From: Eledone cirrhosa
Taxonomy: Eukaryota
Length of the DNA: 64,000 nucleotides
Direction: 5' to 3'
Assembly (NCBI GenBank): GCA_964016885.1
Contig: OZ024740.1
Span: forward strand, 113,646,001 to 113,710,000
This document shows, in pieces, positions 1 through 14,343 of this stretch. The notes beneath the pieces were generated by a model. That model was not told the DNA's origin, did no database searches, and worked only from the letters and a program-made list of their open reading frames with translations. Numbering within the stretch: the stretch's first letter is position 1; each line of letters opens with the position of its first letter. Both the position numbers and the translations under genes were made by a program.

Positions 1-306
1 TCGTTCGTATGTTTATATTTGCAAGCATAAAATGGAGTAATTTTTCATGAAATAATTACTTGGGTTAAAGTGAACAATGATCTTTTGTAAAGCAAAAATC
101 TTTATGGTCACTTGCCAGGAATGTTTCTACCAAAAGTCACATCTCTTACGTTTTAAGCTAAACTATACTATAACATAAACAAATACTAAATAATTTTAAG
201 TTAATTATAGATTGAACTCAAGATTCGAATGTCAAGAATATTTTTGAAATTTCTAGTGGTTTCAATACCATCACTCTTCGTTGTGCGTTATCTTTGAGTA
301 TTATTA

Positions 307-345
<39 letters not shown>

Positions 346-347
346 GG

Positions 348-531
348 GGCGGTGGATTGGCAGTATCCGTAGAGGGTCGGACGCCATGCTTTGACGCATA
401 GAGTTACGGCCCTTGCCATTCTGAGTTCAAATTCAGTAGAGGTTAAATTTGTCTTTCATCCTTACGGGGGTCGATAAAATAAAGTACCAGTAGTACACTG
501 GGATAATTGCTGGCCTTGTGCCAAAAGTAGA
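348..531 (+). mobile_element. tRNA-derived SINE, family A copy
   Basis: A-box-like GGCGGTGGATTGGCAGTATC head, B-box-like GAGTTCAAAT, core CTTTCATCCTTACGGGGGTCGATAAAATAAAGTACCAG, 3' end GCTGGCCTTGTGCCAAAAGTAG; many similar copies in the window; follows an (ATT)n tract. Confidence 0.88.
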
Positions 532-880
532 TAGTTATCTTTTAGTATTGTGCAAATAATAATCCGATAATTCTGTATTTTTCTTTCATTTCTTCCCTGA
601 TGCTCAACTCCTGAGAGACGCGTAGTGGCACCGTCATAACATTTGGCATATCTAGGGTGTTTTAAAAACATGGTGCTGTACTTGCCTCTTAAAGTATGAA
701 CACAAGCGATTTTTTCCAATGAAACAATGGAAGAGGGAAGTAATAAAGATTTGGTATAACATAGCCGATTTCAAGAGAAAAAAGATAGGGTAGGAGTGAA
801 TGAGAGAGAGAGAGAGAGAAAGAGGGAGAGAGAGAGAGCAAGACAGAGCGAGAGAGAGAGAGAATACGAATGTTTGCGAG

Positions 881-956
881 AGAAGAAGAAGAAGAAGAAG
901 AAGAAGAAGAAGAAGAAGAAGAAGAAGAAGAAGAAGAAGAAGAAGAAGAAGAAGAA
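881..956. repeat. (GAA)n microsatellite preceded by (GA)n
   Basis: Direct reading; explains the poly-K/E/F/S ORFs. Confidence 0.97.
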
Positions 957-1538
957 TCGATCCCTGTATTTAAGGGTGAAAGGAAAATCAACTTCTGTAG
1001 TATGCAAACCCAATTAGCCGGAACCAATACCGCAAGGTATTCCATCGTTAGGAATTCATATAATGCAAAACCATTTGGTGATTTCTTATCTTTTTTACCT
1101 TCGAGGAACATTATTTCTATATAAACACTATACATTCGACTGTCAGACTGCTTGATATATACAGATTTATAAAGATAATATAGCTGTCGAAGAAAGAATA
1201 ACACGTTTATGTAAATAATATGTTTGCAGGTTAAAATGATGTATTTATTCAAATGTCATATTTATGACATTATAAAGAATTAATAAGAAATCTAACTGCC
1301 GTAGAGTAAAAGATAAGCTCATATAAATGCTAGCGTTGAAGCAGCCGTAAATTCTGGTTGGAAGCAAATTATTTCATAAATATATGGGTCAAGGTATAAA
1401 TGTCAAATGATTTTCTAAATCTTGAAATATATTCGTTGAAAGAAGGAACCTTCCTTTAATAAACATTTCTAAGCCTACGAGCACTGCTTGTATACAAACG
1501 ATTTCTGTATGATGTGAATATCTAGAACGGTAAGCATT

Positions 1539-1542
<4 letters not shown>

Positions 1543-1600
<58 letters not shown>

Positions 1601-1634
1601 TCCCTCTCTCTCTCTCTCTATCGCTCTCTCTCTT

Positions 1635-1687
<53 letters not shown>

Positions 1688-1731
1688 CTCTCTCTCTCTC
1701 TCTCTCTACTCTCTGTCTCCCTCTCTCTCAC

Positions 1732-1772
<41 letters not shown>
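1543..1772. repeat. Compound (TC)n/(TATC)n/(TA)n microsatellite
   Basis: Direct reading. Confidence 0.97.
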
Positions 1773-1773
<1 letters not shown>

Positions 1774-1784
1774 CTATTATACAG

Positions 1785-1976
1785 GGCGGTGGATTGGCAG
1801 TATCGGTAGAGAGTCGGACGCCATGCTTTGAAGCATAGAGTTATGTCTCTTTATGATCTGAGTTCAAATCCCACCGAGGTTAACTTTGCCTTTCATCCTT
1901 ACGGGGTCGATAAAATAAAGTACCAGTAATGTACTGGTTATTTGCTGGCCTTGTGCCAAAAGTAGAAACAATTATT
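1785..1976 (+). mobile_element. SINE family A, full-length copy
   Basis: Same head, core and AAACAATTATT tail as other copies. Confidence 0.9.
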
Positions 1977-2417
1977 ACATTATTATATACATTATTATTA
2001 CTATATATATATATATATTTAATCTAACTACCTAGCGTAGTGGTTAACACATTGACTCAGCATCTTAAAGATTCGGGGATTCAATTCCTTGCAGTCAACT
2101 CAGTCAATAGCTTTCCGTTTCCCGTGGCACTTTTCAATATTTGCTTAACTATTATGTAGAAGTCACAACGTTATGTAAATGTCATTTCAAAATTTGGCAA
2201 ACGATCTTAAATCAAGCGCTTGGTTCACATTTCTAGCCTTCAAATTTTCTAAAAGCAATACAATTGGTCGCCAGAAGCAGCTTAGTTAACGCAACCCTCT
2301 CATATGCATGAGATATGCGATTCTGTCTATTTTCTTTTGTTGCACGCTTTTCTCGACTATGATTTTAAAGGAGGACTATTATAAAGATTATTTTTGCGTA
2401 GGGACTGATACACACAT

Positions 2418-2515
<98 letters not shown>

Positions 2516-3284
2516 TACGCGCGCACACACACACACTAAACACACACACACATATATATACAGAGAGAGAGAGGGGGCGAGAGATTGAGAGAGAGCCAGA
2601 GAGGAAGAGAAACTGAGAGAGGTAGAGAGAAAAAAGAGTAAGAAAAACAGATAAACACACAGATACGTATATACAATAAAAGAGCAATTTATAAGCCCTC
2701 CTGTAGGACATAATGGAAATTTATGATTCATATTTGTGTGTATTCAGGTTCGGTGTTGATGTAGAGGGATTGAGAGAGTGAAAATGAACGAGAAAGGAAT
2801 ATGAGATTTATACATCTTTAAATGGATATACCAATCATGCTTTTTGTTAAATGAAATCCAATTGTATTATTAAATGAATAAATAGTAAAGAAAAAAATCA
2901 TTATTATAAAGCGGATTGAAATTAACAACATGCAGTGAAGTAGAGTAGTTCTTTATGTTACACATATAGACGATATATGATAATGTATAATAATCTCTTA
3001 CTTTTGTCTTTATTATCTTATCTAGTCTTGATTTGTTTTGTAGTTGTTAAATCAATAATTTGAAGAACATCTTTCATTATTTTAATGCATTTATCCATTT
3101 ATCTATTTCTGTTCCTCTCCGTTTTAATGTCCTGCCCTGTCTCACTCACTCACTCCCCCCTCCCTCTCTCTCTCTCCCTCTCTCACTCACTCTCTCTCTC
3201 TCTCTCCTGATATATATGTGAGTATGAATGTATATACATAGTTAAATAGATAGTTACACACACATACATATATATACGTACATA

Positions 3285-3342
<58 letters not shown>

Positions 3343-3462
3343 GGAGGTGAGTTTATTGTAACACAATAAAGCAATGCAAATATCGGATAAGTAGCACTCA
3401 ACAGTTTATTGGACTGGAGTATATATAAGAAGAAATTAAGAGATGGTTAAAAAAGTTCCATG

Positions 3463-3533
3463 TATTTTTTTATGCGCATTTCAAAAACAAATATCATCCA
3501 GGGACGATATTTGCGTTCTCATCAGATAAAATA
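3463..3533 (-). ncRNA. Type I hammerhead ribozyme motif (family HH1, inverted copy)
   Basis: Minus strand reads TATTTTAT-CTGATGA-(stem II CAAATATC/GATATTTG)-GAAA-TGCGCA-TA-AAAAAATA; one mismatch in stem I. Confidence 0.75.
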
Positions 3534-3630
3534 ACACTTGAAGAAATTAAGAAGAAATTAAAAGATGGTTAAAAAGGTTTAGACACTACCTTGCTCACAA
3601 GTGTTTTTTAAGCTTCATATCATGTCTCCC

Positions 3631-3701
3631 TATTTTATCTGATGAGAACGCAAATATCGTCCCCGGTTGATATTTGTTTGTGAAATGCGCATAATAAAAT
3701 A
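3631..3701 (+). ncRNA. Type I hammerhead ribozyme motif (family HH1)
   Basis: TATTTTAT-CTGATGA-36 nt stem II-GAAA-TGCGCA-TA-ATAAAATA; perfect 8-bp stem I, palindromic stem III. Confidence 0.82.
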
Positions 3702-3764
3702 CATGGAACCTTTTTAACCATCTTTTAATTTCTCCTTATATATATATATGTATATATATATGGT

Positions 3765-4170
3765 GGCTGCCAACTCGTTTTCGAGTACGGCCACTACTTT
3801 ATATCCATGTAGCAGAACCCCTACCGATGCGCTGAACGTGTGTGACTTTTCAGTCCAGCCTGCGACATGAAAACTCTGGTACAAACACTACACTTGTTAC
3901 AATTATTGACATATAGTGCTGGGCCCATGGTACCATGTGACGACAAGTGCAGAGAGATCTCCAGATATAAAGCATACCTGTGCCGTGAAGCTTTTATAGT
4001 GAGCAAAGGCACTGCACAAAGCCAGTCCCACTCTCTTAACCAAGATGATATTTACCAAAAAGAAGAACAAGTCAACATCATTGGATACCATCAGGGTTGC
4101 AGGTGTTATATGAGAGTTTTCCTTCTCCGAGAATTCTGCCTTGACAAAGGCTAAGGGGTCATCTCTCCCG
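3765..4170 (-). mobile_element. Decayed 3' fragment of an RTE-like LINE
   Basis: C-terminal C2H2 motif CSVCTRVFMSQAGLKSHTRSAH followed by a short 3' UTR, typical of RTE-clade ORF ends. Confidence 0.6.
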
Positions 4171-4341
4171 GATATACATACATATACGTATATATATATA
4201 CATATATATATATATATACATATTTGAATGTATATATACATATAAATATGTATATATATATATATGTATATATAAATATATATATGTATATACATATCTA
4301 TATATATGCATATATATAAATGTGTATGTATATATACATAC

Positions 4342-4372
<31 letters not shown>

Positions 4373-4374
4373 CA

Positions 4375-4413
<39 letters not shown>

Positions 4414-4418
<5 letters not shown>

Positions 4419-4601
4419 AACCAGTAAGACCCCGACAGCTGAGCTCAAGCCGTTTCGACGGCTAATTCTAGAATTAGCCGTCGAAACGGCTTGAGCTCAG
4501 CTGTCGGGGTCTTACTGGTTCCTATTACCCACTCTACTACTTCAAGTATTGAGTACTTTGGTGCGTTATGGTCCACCTGGTTCCTTACCACATTTCCTTC
4601 G

Positions 4602-4603
<2 letters not shown>
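4414..4603. mobile_element. ~190-bp hairpin element: 112-bp perfect palindrome (4414-4525) plus ~80-bp tail, inserted in (TA)n
   Basis: Palindrome centred on TTCTAGAA; close copy at 50164-50341 and diverged copy at 49891-50088. Confidence 0.85.
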
Positions 4604-4695
<92 letters not shown>

Positions 4696-7640
4696 GATAT
4701 GCTTTCACAACATGGTGCCCCAGCATAATTACAACATAACAATTAGACCCAGTAAAAGAATATAGGAATATATATGCCATCCACGTATTATCCAGGGTGT
4801 TATTCATTCTCATATGTTAACAAAGCTTTCTGTGTAACATATCTCCAGACGTTTATTAAATGAACAGTAGTAATTATTGTAATAATGTTTTCCTCGTTTC
4901 AGTGAAAAGAAATGTTAATACCGTTAATATTCAGACTATGTTTTGATTGTTTCTTCTCTTTCTGATTTCTTTGATCAATATTCTTATTCTATAATCAATT
5001 GATTTCTATCTATTCATATTTTCTATTATTATTTTTTTAAATATTTAATGTTCTTTCTGTTTTTTTTAATGTTCTTTCTGGTTAAATTGAAGAAAACACA
5101 ACAGATTCTGCTTTAGAAATACACATGTATTAAAGGATTCACAAAACAAACACACAGGCACACATACTCATATACATACACACATACACATACACACACT
5201 GACAGATACACATATACATACACACACTGACAGATACACATACACACACTCAGACACACATACACACACACTCACACACTAACATAGGCACACGCGCACA
5301 TATACACACACATACGCTCGCGCTCACACATACATATATAAAGGAAATTTACAAAGATGTAGACAGATCGATATTAACGAAATGTTTGAACAGAAATCCA
5401 TAGATTACTTGGAATAAAAGCATAGAAAACCAGCCAAATCTCTACACATGCATATATGCAAACACTCACACAACGATGCACATAAACAAGTGCATACACT
5501 CAAATATACACATATATGTTTGTGTATATATAATTCATTGCTCGACGAGATGGCCAGGTCGAAACATATTAAAGTATAGATTAACGTACATTTTATATTG
5601 TTTTGATACTGAATTGGTTTTACTAACTTTCTTTTAGTCTTCATTTTGGGTTCCTAGTTCCAAAACTAGCCCTTCCATAATGAGAGGGAACAGTCGTTAG
5701 CGTTAATGAAAATTCTCTTAAAAAACAAGTGAAGGAAACTTATAAATGTAAATAGATTAAACATTATAAGTGTGAACTGAGTATGATTGTTGGCAGTAGA
5801 GGCAAATCAAGGATAGTTTCCAGTGTTGTAGATCTCAGTGAATCTCGGTTCAACACTAAACTAAAAAGAAAAATAGAATCACTAAGAGCCTTGTAAAATC
5901 CAAGAATACACCACAGAACATACCCAACCGACTCTATTACGATATATAAGTAAAGGCAAGAAGCGAAGTATTGAGCTGTTTCTGTATACAGTTGCATTGT
6001 AGAGTTAAAAGTACATTATCTAGTACACACCAAGCCAGCAGCAAAAACATTATTACTGAAATATAAGTGGGTAATAGTATTTAGTATATTTAGATATATG
6101 TCTTGGAGATATATAGTTACAAGTAGAAGTATTAAACGGAAGAAACCTATTAGTGTCTGCGATGTACACTGTAATATAAATTGTGAAGAATAGATGTCAT
6201 TCCATATCGAATTTTATCAACATTTGATTTCCTATTAATCATTACCTAATACCTATGTCTAATGATTTTACACCAATCTGACTAGCACACTCTTCACAAT
6301 GTTCTCGGTTCTGTCAGATCTTGTCGACAGCGAATGGCACTAATTACATGACAGCAACAGATAATTCTACTACTAAATTATCTGATGTACTTCTAGTCTC
6401 TATGGTGTCGAATTGCTGCTTACATTCGTCTGATCTATTGTGTCAGGTATTCTATGACTTGTTTTAATAGCATTGATTCCAAGAATATGTTCCTGCGTCA
6501 GCACGAACAAATATATGGAATAAAATCGGTGCTGAAAGGAAATTGAATTGAACGCCAAAAAATGTCAAGTAGGATTGTTCGGCGGCTGATAGCAATTAAA
6601 ATTGAAATATAAGACTATTTCAACCACGTTCCATCCGCATTTCTATTAGTTTTAAACAGTGATTAGTAAATTCTTGTTGTCTTCTTGTATAGCCACAGTC
6701 CTGCCATCACCGAACACAAATGATCAATGATGTTCTAGCTTTTATATTTCTTGACTCACCACAGAGGCACTGCATTTAATTCCGAATTTTCTAAAGACTG
6801 GTTACTTTAACAGTGTCATGTTTCTATTGTGTACAATTGGACAATAGATGTTTAGCCAACACTCTATAGGTAGATGTAAAACATTTACTTTTATAAACAA
6901 TATTTTTATGAACAAAAACAGATACATCGGTTGGACTACTTCCATTTTTGAAAGGAGGTCTCATCAGGACTGAATACCTTCCTCGTTGTCCATGGAAATA
7001 CTCTTTATAAACCCATTATTACTAAGGACTTAGTTAAACAGAATATACCAGTTTCATATATGAATTCTTTAAAACTATTTCGTTAACAGTCTTTTCGTTT
7101 ACTCAGTTATAAGATACATATACAGAAATTGTTACGAATCTATGAATATATTCTGCAGTATTGTATATAGCATTAAAAAAAACACACTATTCCTGTGTTA
7201 CACTTTACTATGAAACGAAATCAAAAATAAACTAAGAAATTAATTAAACATTATTGTGAAGATCTATAAATGTATACATCAAAATATAAAATATAAAAGT
7301 TAAACTTTCTTCATGTCCACTAATGATTACTATAATTAGTATCACAATTATATTTTTATATATGTTCCAAACCCAACATTTATGAATAATTTCTAAAGTT
7401 CCTAATGTATATGTTTTGAGTTTTGCATGTTTGTTCGTTTGTTGTTGTTATTTATCAATATGATGTTTTTTAAAATGTTTGTTTACTTGGGTTTTATGGA
7501 AGACACCGTATGGAGAAAATTGATTTTATAAAAGAGTAAGCTTATGGAACAAAAGTTTTCTTTTACTTCCATTATTTCATACTATGATGATTTTACAATA
7601 ATGATTATCGTTCATTTCTGCCCATCCTATATCACGTTTT

Positions 7641-7884
<244 letters not shown>

Positions 7885-8150
7885 ATGAACACGTTATATT
7901 CTGTGAATACACACGCGCACCAATTACAACACAATATACACATACACCCACACAAAAAGGAACGATGCCTATATATAGATATGCCTTCTCATCTCACATA
8001 CCACAACAAAAAATGCTTTTTTTTGTCACATTACAAGTGATACTGGAGTCGTGTCCATAACACCTATAGATTACCTTGAGCCAATCCTCTGTGAAACGCA
8101 CGTAATAGATCGATACACAAATATGTGTATGTCTCCTCGTTTTTTTCTAT

Positions 8151-8189
<39 letters not shown>

Positions 8190-9310
8190 TGTGTGTGATC
8201 CAGTAACCTTGAGGGAGTCGTGCCGTAATGACATATGTTTCGAGGTCTGAATACAGCAGATTTCTGCCAGAAAAGGATAGAGAGAAAGAGAGGTGAAGTG
8301 AGAGAGAGACATAGAAAAAGAATTAACTCCAATATATATAGATAAGCGAACATTAAACAGACATACTCTCTCTCATACACACGCGCTTGTGCGCGCACAC
8401 ACGGACATATATATGTATATATATGTGTGTGTGTGCGTGTGTGTGCGTTTGTGTGTGTGTGTGCGTGCGCGTGCGTGTATGTGTGTGTGTGTGTGTGTTT
8501 GTATGTGTATGTGTTTATTATTACCGAAATATGGTGATTTTTCTGATTTCAATCGTAAACTTCTATTTCTAGATCGTTATATTTGGCTATTTTCTCCATT
8601 TCTATTACAAATATATATTTGTCTGTTGGGATTGATATATAGATTAGAAGATATTTCTTGAAAATAACATCTGGTTAATTCGCCATGATCTTTGTCATGC
8701 CCACCAGTATGGTCATTTTGTCACTTTCAGAAACTGTTTCTGGTCTTTGTACCATGGTTTTTCTGAAAGAAATTTCTTATTCTCCTATAATTTCCTATAA
8801 TTTTCAGTGATTGTATGCCTCACGTCTGTGATATAATTCTGCATATTCACTGTTTTGCAAATATCAATTGATCAGAAATCATGCAATGAATCATATCTTC
8901 ATGGATTTCAAATAATCTTCATGCTACTATTCATATTCTCAACATTATGCGCCTTTTGTAGCTTCTGCTAGATGGATCTGGTCTTGTGCTGCAATGATAA
9001 AACATTAGATATAGCATTAAATTTGCTTAAAATTACACTGCGAGCGAGCAGTACTTTACATATTTTAACGGATTAAACAAATGATCTTAAAGATTGGGCT
9101 ATAGGAGATACATGTTTAATCACTTACTTAAGAAATATACACTACCAAATCGCTAATTGAAGCACCATTATGTGTTTCAAAGGATCTTGAAAGAATATGA
9201 CACTATCAGGAATTATTCAATACTTCAACAACACATAAACCTTCAAGGTATTTCAATTGCAAAATACAGTTTGTAGAGAAAATCATTGTCAATATTTTTT
9301 ACACTTATAA

Positions 9311-9485
9311 GGACGGTGGATTGGCAGTATCGGTAGAGGGTCGGAGGCCATGCTTTGCAGCATAGAGTTACGGCCCATTATGATCTGAGATCAAATAAAT
9401 TACCAGTCACGCACTGGGGTCCATTTAATCGACTTTCCCCCCAAAAAAAAAATTACTGGCCTTGTGCCTATATAAGAAACCAATA
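9311..9485 (+). mobile_element. SINE family A, internally deleted long-3' variant
   Basis: Head present, core missing, 3' segment CACTGGGGTCCATTTAATCGACTTTCCCC...CTGGCCTTGTGCC. Confidence 0.8.
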
Positions 9486-9992
9486 TTTTTTACACTTATG
9501 CATAAATATATAAATATATTTATTTTTATTCCAAAATATATTTGGAGTTATGTACATTATATTGTTTGACGAATTTATGTTTACCCTAGAACACGAAAGA
9601 CGGTGAATTCGCGAAGTCGTTAGAATGGTGGAAAGAATATTTGCAGTATTCATTCTCATTAAATGCACTCATGATTCATCAGGAGGTAAGGTTTTATGCG
9701 TACAACATTTCAATATGACATCATGGAGTTATTTTTCAAACAATGGTAATATCGTTATCAACATTATTCCATTATCCCACACCATCCAGCTATGATAGTT
9801 TGACACTTATACTGTACATTTAGTAAATACCAATTTTCAAAATCCTGCAGCGATTGGCAAAGAGAAATACAGCGAACTTCAGATTGAAACACATTATATC
9901 ACCAGACTTTCACTATTTATTTGCTAACACCTAAGAGTTTAAGCCTGTACTCGCGTATAAAACTCCCCCATATATACATATATATATATACA

Positions 9993-10087
<95 letters not shown>

Positions 10088-10176
10088 CTATATATATATT
10101 TATACTGCTAGATCTGTTTGATAGTATGGTAGATAACAATATATATATTATATTAATTTTATACACACACACACTC

Positions 10177-10275
<99 letters not shown>

Positions 10276-11379
10276 AGAGAGAGAGAAATTGATAAATTGA
10301 TAGATAAATACAAAAGTGAACGATTCATATCTAGATTTATTGAAGAAGTCACGTGTAACATACAAAATTATCTATAATAAATTAAAATAAAATAAGTATT
10401 GGAAATAATAACAATACTAAAGCTAATACCAATACTAAATTCTAGAGAAAACACAAATTCACGAAAAAGAAATAAAAGCCGAAATATAATAAAACTGATT
10501 TCCGTTATCGCTAATATATTTGGAGAATACGCTGAATTTTCTTCTGCCAACCTTATTTTTAATTCAGTTTTCGTATTCGTATTTCTTTTTGTTTTTGTTC
10601 GTAAGTTTTTTTCTTGCGTTCTACTCCTCACTGTGTTATCTTCAATATATATAGGAAAGAATGATTAAAAAAAATAAGGCACTTCAGCTTACACCTAAAA
10701 ATAATAATAACAATGCAATAAAGAGACAAAAATAATATATATAAAATAGATATTTTTCTTACAAACTTTCACGACTAAATACACAAAGACACGCACACAC
10801 ACTAACTAATGTAGTAAGGCTTACTAACACAACCACACCCTCACATTTATACACATGATGGAACATCTCCGATAAATTGAAAACAAATTTCGTATTTGAA
10901 GGAAATAATGATGATGATAAGTTCCTTCCATATTGGCCACAAGGGCTTATACGTAAATATATATTAAACTATTGTATATGGAGCTTACTAAAATATGTGA
11001 TGGTGGACTAGACAAATGTATAAATTTATGAAGTGATTGCTAAGAACATTATACAATAAACGTATCAAACATTTTCTAGGACGTAAAACACAAACTAAAT
11101 ATTTGACTATAATAATTAATATAGGATATGATTGCTATTATGAGAATACAAATGTATGATACATCCTATAAATGGAAGAGAAATGACATCCTAGGTCACA
11201 ACAGGGACCCTCTACTGAAGCTCATCCCCTGCCGTATTGTATCTGTTCTTGTAATCCAAACAATTGCTCGCGCCAAAATTATTTATGATTATTTTAGGGG
11301 CCGGTGTGACTAAGAAAAAGGACGAGTTTGGGTAATAATTACAGAAATTTGTTCATGATATATATATATATATATATAT

Positions 11380-11660
11380 ATATTTCGTTTTTGAATTTGT
11401 TTTGCAAGATTTCTTATGGAAAACGTGTGTTGAAACATATACTGTTATACCAAGATGGTGTAGAAGAGAACAAAAGAGAGACACAAAATATAACCCTAAT
11501 CACCGAAAAGTCACAGCATGTGTGACGAAAAGCTTTAACGATATATGAACAACCATCCAGTTATCGAACCGATCAACCAACCGCAAATTGAATAATAAAT
11601 TGAAGTGAAAACCAACAGGTGCGTGTATCTTTATTGGTAGCATGACCCTCCCAAAGTATA
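11380..11660 (+). mobile_element. Penelope-like terminal-repeat fragment (family P2) with inverted 5' piece
   Basis: 11451-11660 aligns by eye to 62685-62920; 11380-11450 is the reverse complement of 62915-62985; bounded by (TA)n; decayed hammerhead near 11499-11539. Confidence 0.75.
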
Positions 11661-12341
11661 TAAATATATATATATATATATAGCAATATATGCAATATAT
11701 ATATATACATATATATTTCATGACTAATGTCACCTTGAAAGTTCCTTTTCGAGGCACAAACCAAGGCAAGGTATTTATTGGAAGAGCAGCACTTCCCCAT
11801 GGGCGCATGTCCCCCCTCTCTACACCATCATGGTTATCAAAGGCAAAGGCAATGATCGATACAGGTTTGCACCAATGTTGTCTCTACTCAAATTTCAAAC
11901 TGATAAATTAGAGAAATTTGAAATATTTCATCTCAATACCCTATACACTAAATTACGTACCGTCGCAAAATAATATATGTTTTCGGCGGTAATTGAACAC
12001 AGCACAGATAGAGGTGCATCGATATCCTCCATAGCACTTTATTCGTTGCTCTACCACCTCTATTCATATCTTACAGCGGTTTCACACAATCAGAGCCTAT
12101 TTTGCCACTGAGCTGAACTGAATTATTTCGAAATAAAGATCGAGATGCTTTACGATTTGTTTAACATCTTCATTTGTTTTGCTGTGTTTAAATCTCTCCG
12201 ATGTCAACTTTGCTTTCCATCTTCCGTCAATAGATAACATATAAATTCAGTTAAGTTCTAGAGTTGATTTAATCGATTGCTCCCTCCCGTCAAATTTTTA
12301 ACACTAGGCTTATGTTAGGAACCATCATTATTATTGTGCAG

Positions 12342-12532
12342 GGCGGTGGATTGGCAGTATCGGTAGAGGATCGGACACCATGCTTTGACGCATAGAGTTA
12401 TGGCCCTTGCCATCCTGAGTTGAAATCCCGCCGAGGTTAACTTTGATTTCATCCTTACGGGGTCGATAAAATAAATACCAGTTATACTCTGGGTATTTGC
12501 TGGCCTTGCGCCAAAAGTAGAAACAATTATTA
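12342..12532 (+). mobile_element. SINE family A copy
   Basis: Full head, core and tail. Confidence 0.9.
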
Positions 12533-13370
12533 TTGTGTTTCTTTTTCTTTTTTTTTTGTATCATTTACGTTTTCCCATTCTCCATCTTCTTATGTTCATG
12601 TTTTTTCTACCCCTCAATGTACCTTATCAACCTCTTCATCAGCTTTATATCCTTCATCTCTTATTTTGTTCATCCACTTTCATCCTTTATTCTGTTTTAG
12701 TTATTCTCGTTAGTGCCGCCATTTCCGCAGATTTTCAGATTTAGAAAGAAGATACTAAGTCTAAAATGTCAGAAAATAGAAAATAAACGGAAAAGAAAGG
12801 AAGGACGAAAAGCGAAAGAATGTAATTAAATAATTTTTTTTAAAGTGTTAAATCAATAAATCCAAACAAACCAGGGAAATAATAAATAAACAAAGGATAG
12901 ATAAATAAATATATACATAAATAAGAAATCAAAGAAAATATCTAAATGTTTATCAGAGGAGTAATAAGAAACAGATAACCTTCCTGATAAAAGTATTAAC
13001 AGCACAGTCAAAAACAATATCAGTAACAGCAATAATAATATCAACAACAACAATAGTACTTCTAGTAATAATTGTTTCCAACATATGGTGTAATGGATAG
13101 TCGATTAAATCGAACGCAGTAAATAACTAGTATTTTATTTTATCGAAAGAATATAACAGCACATTCAACGCGAGAAAGATTGAAAAATTAACTGGAACAG
13201 CAAAGATTCTCTCATTTAAACATATACAAAGAATTGCTATAGAAAAGTGTTATAAAACATATGTATATATATTTCAGTAGATCACAGTCTGAGATGATCT
13301 GAGAGCGAACATGAAACTTTCTGGTACTTCGTCACTAAGTATAATCGTGCCTGTCATTTGATTATTATTC

Positions 13371-13519
13371 TTGACGCATAAAGTTACGGCCCTTGCCATT
13401 CTGAGTTCAAATCGCGCCGAGGTTAACTTTGCCTTTCCTCCTTACGGGGTCGATAAAATAAAGTACCAGTAATGTACTGGGTAATTGCTGGCCTTGTGCC
13501 AAAAGTAGAAACAATTATT
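13371..13519 (+). mobile_element. SINE family A, 5'-truncated
   Basis: Core and tail match. Confidence 0.85.
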
Positions 13520-13526
13520 CTTACTG

Positions 13527-13770
13527 TACGAGGGCCGTCTAAGTCGTTCATAGGATGAAAGCTCCATAGAATGACCAAGATACTCTTATGGAATAATCAA
13601 TTGAGGATTATTTTTCAAAATATTACCAGAATACCCCCCCCCCCCCACACACACACAAAATAATGCAGTTATTAATAAGAAGAATTGAAATTAATGCATG
13701 CAAGATTTCGCAGTCCTAAACATCAATCCTTCATAGTTAGCCTATGAACTTTTCAGTCAACCAGCGTATA
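13527..13770. mobile_element. Decayed mariner-type MITE
   Basis: Imperfect terminal inverted repeats (TACGAGGGCCGTCTAAGTCGTTCATAGG ... CCTATGAACTTTTCAGTCAACCAGCGTA) with TA ends; related terminus at 49629-49712. Confidence 0.6.
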
Positions 13771-13906
13771 ATCATTTATATAAAAGATGTCCTTGGTAGA
13801 GAAAGGTTTGGGAACCAATGATGTATATATAAGGGGTTCTTCAAATGCATGCGCATGACAAACCACAACAATAACAAAACAGCAATGTCAATAATAATAA
13901 TGATAA

Positions 13907-14343
13907 TGGTTTCTTAAATAGGCACAAGGCCAGCAATATGGTAGAGGGGAAAGACGATTAAACCAGCTCCAGAGCATTACTGGTACTCTATTTTATCAAC
14001 CCCATGAGGATGAAAGGCAAAGTTAACCTCGGCAGGATTTGAACTCAGAATGGAAAGGGCTGTAACTCAATGCGTTAAAGCATGGCGTCCGACCCTCTAC
14101 AGATACTGCCAATCCACCACCCTTAATAATGGTTTCTTATATAGGCACAAGGCCAGAAATTTTGAGGAGGGGAAATCGATTAAATCGATCCCAGAGCATT
14201 ACTGGTACTTTATTTTATCGATCCCATAAGGATGAAAGGCAAAGTTAACCTCGGCAGGATTCAAACTCAGAATGGATAGGGCCGTAGCTCTATGCGTTAA
14301 AGCATGGCGCCCGACCCTCTACCGATACTGCCAATCCACCACC
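13907..14343 (-). mobile_element. Two tandem SINE family A copies (long-3' variant): 13907-14121 and 14128-14343
   Basis: Reverse complement of the family consensus, twice. Confidence 0.88.

Larger units (their letters stand above)
3421..3743. repeat. Fold-back cassette: ~113-bp inverted arms (3421-3533 / 3631-3743), each carrying a hammerhead motif
   Basis: Arms are reverse complements with few mismatches; TA-rich flanks. Confidence 0.9.

Noticed and set aside
689-1252. ORFs with poly-S/F/K/E runs
   Set aside because: Open only because (GAA)n and (GA)n contain no stop codons; no domain or splice support
2030-2095. Possible tRNA gene
   Set aside because: Only A/B-box-like motifs and no complete cloverleaf; likely an old SINE head
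8200-8250. Hammerhead-like GAAACATATGTC on the minus strand (similar partial motifs near 5540 and 36440)
   Set aside because: CTGANGA box or stem I/III pairing is too degraded to call
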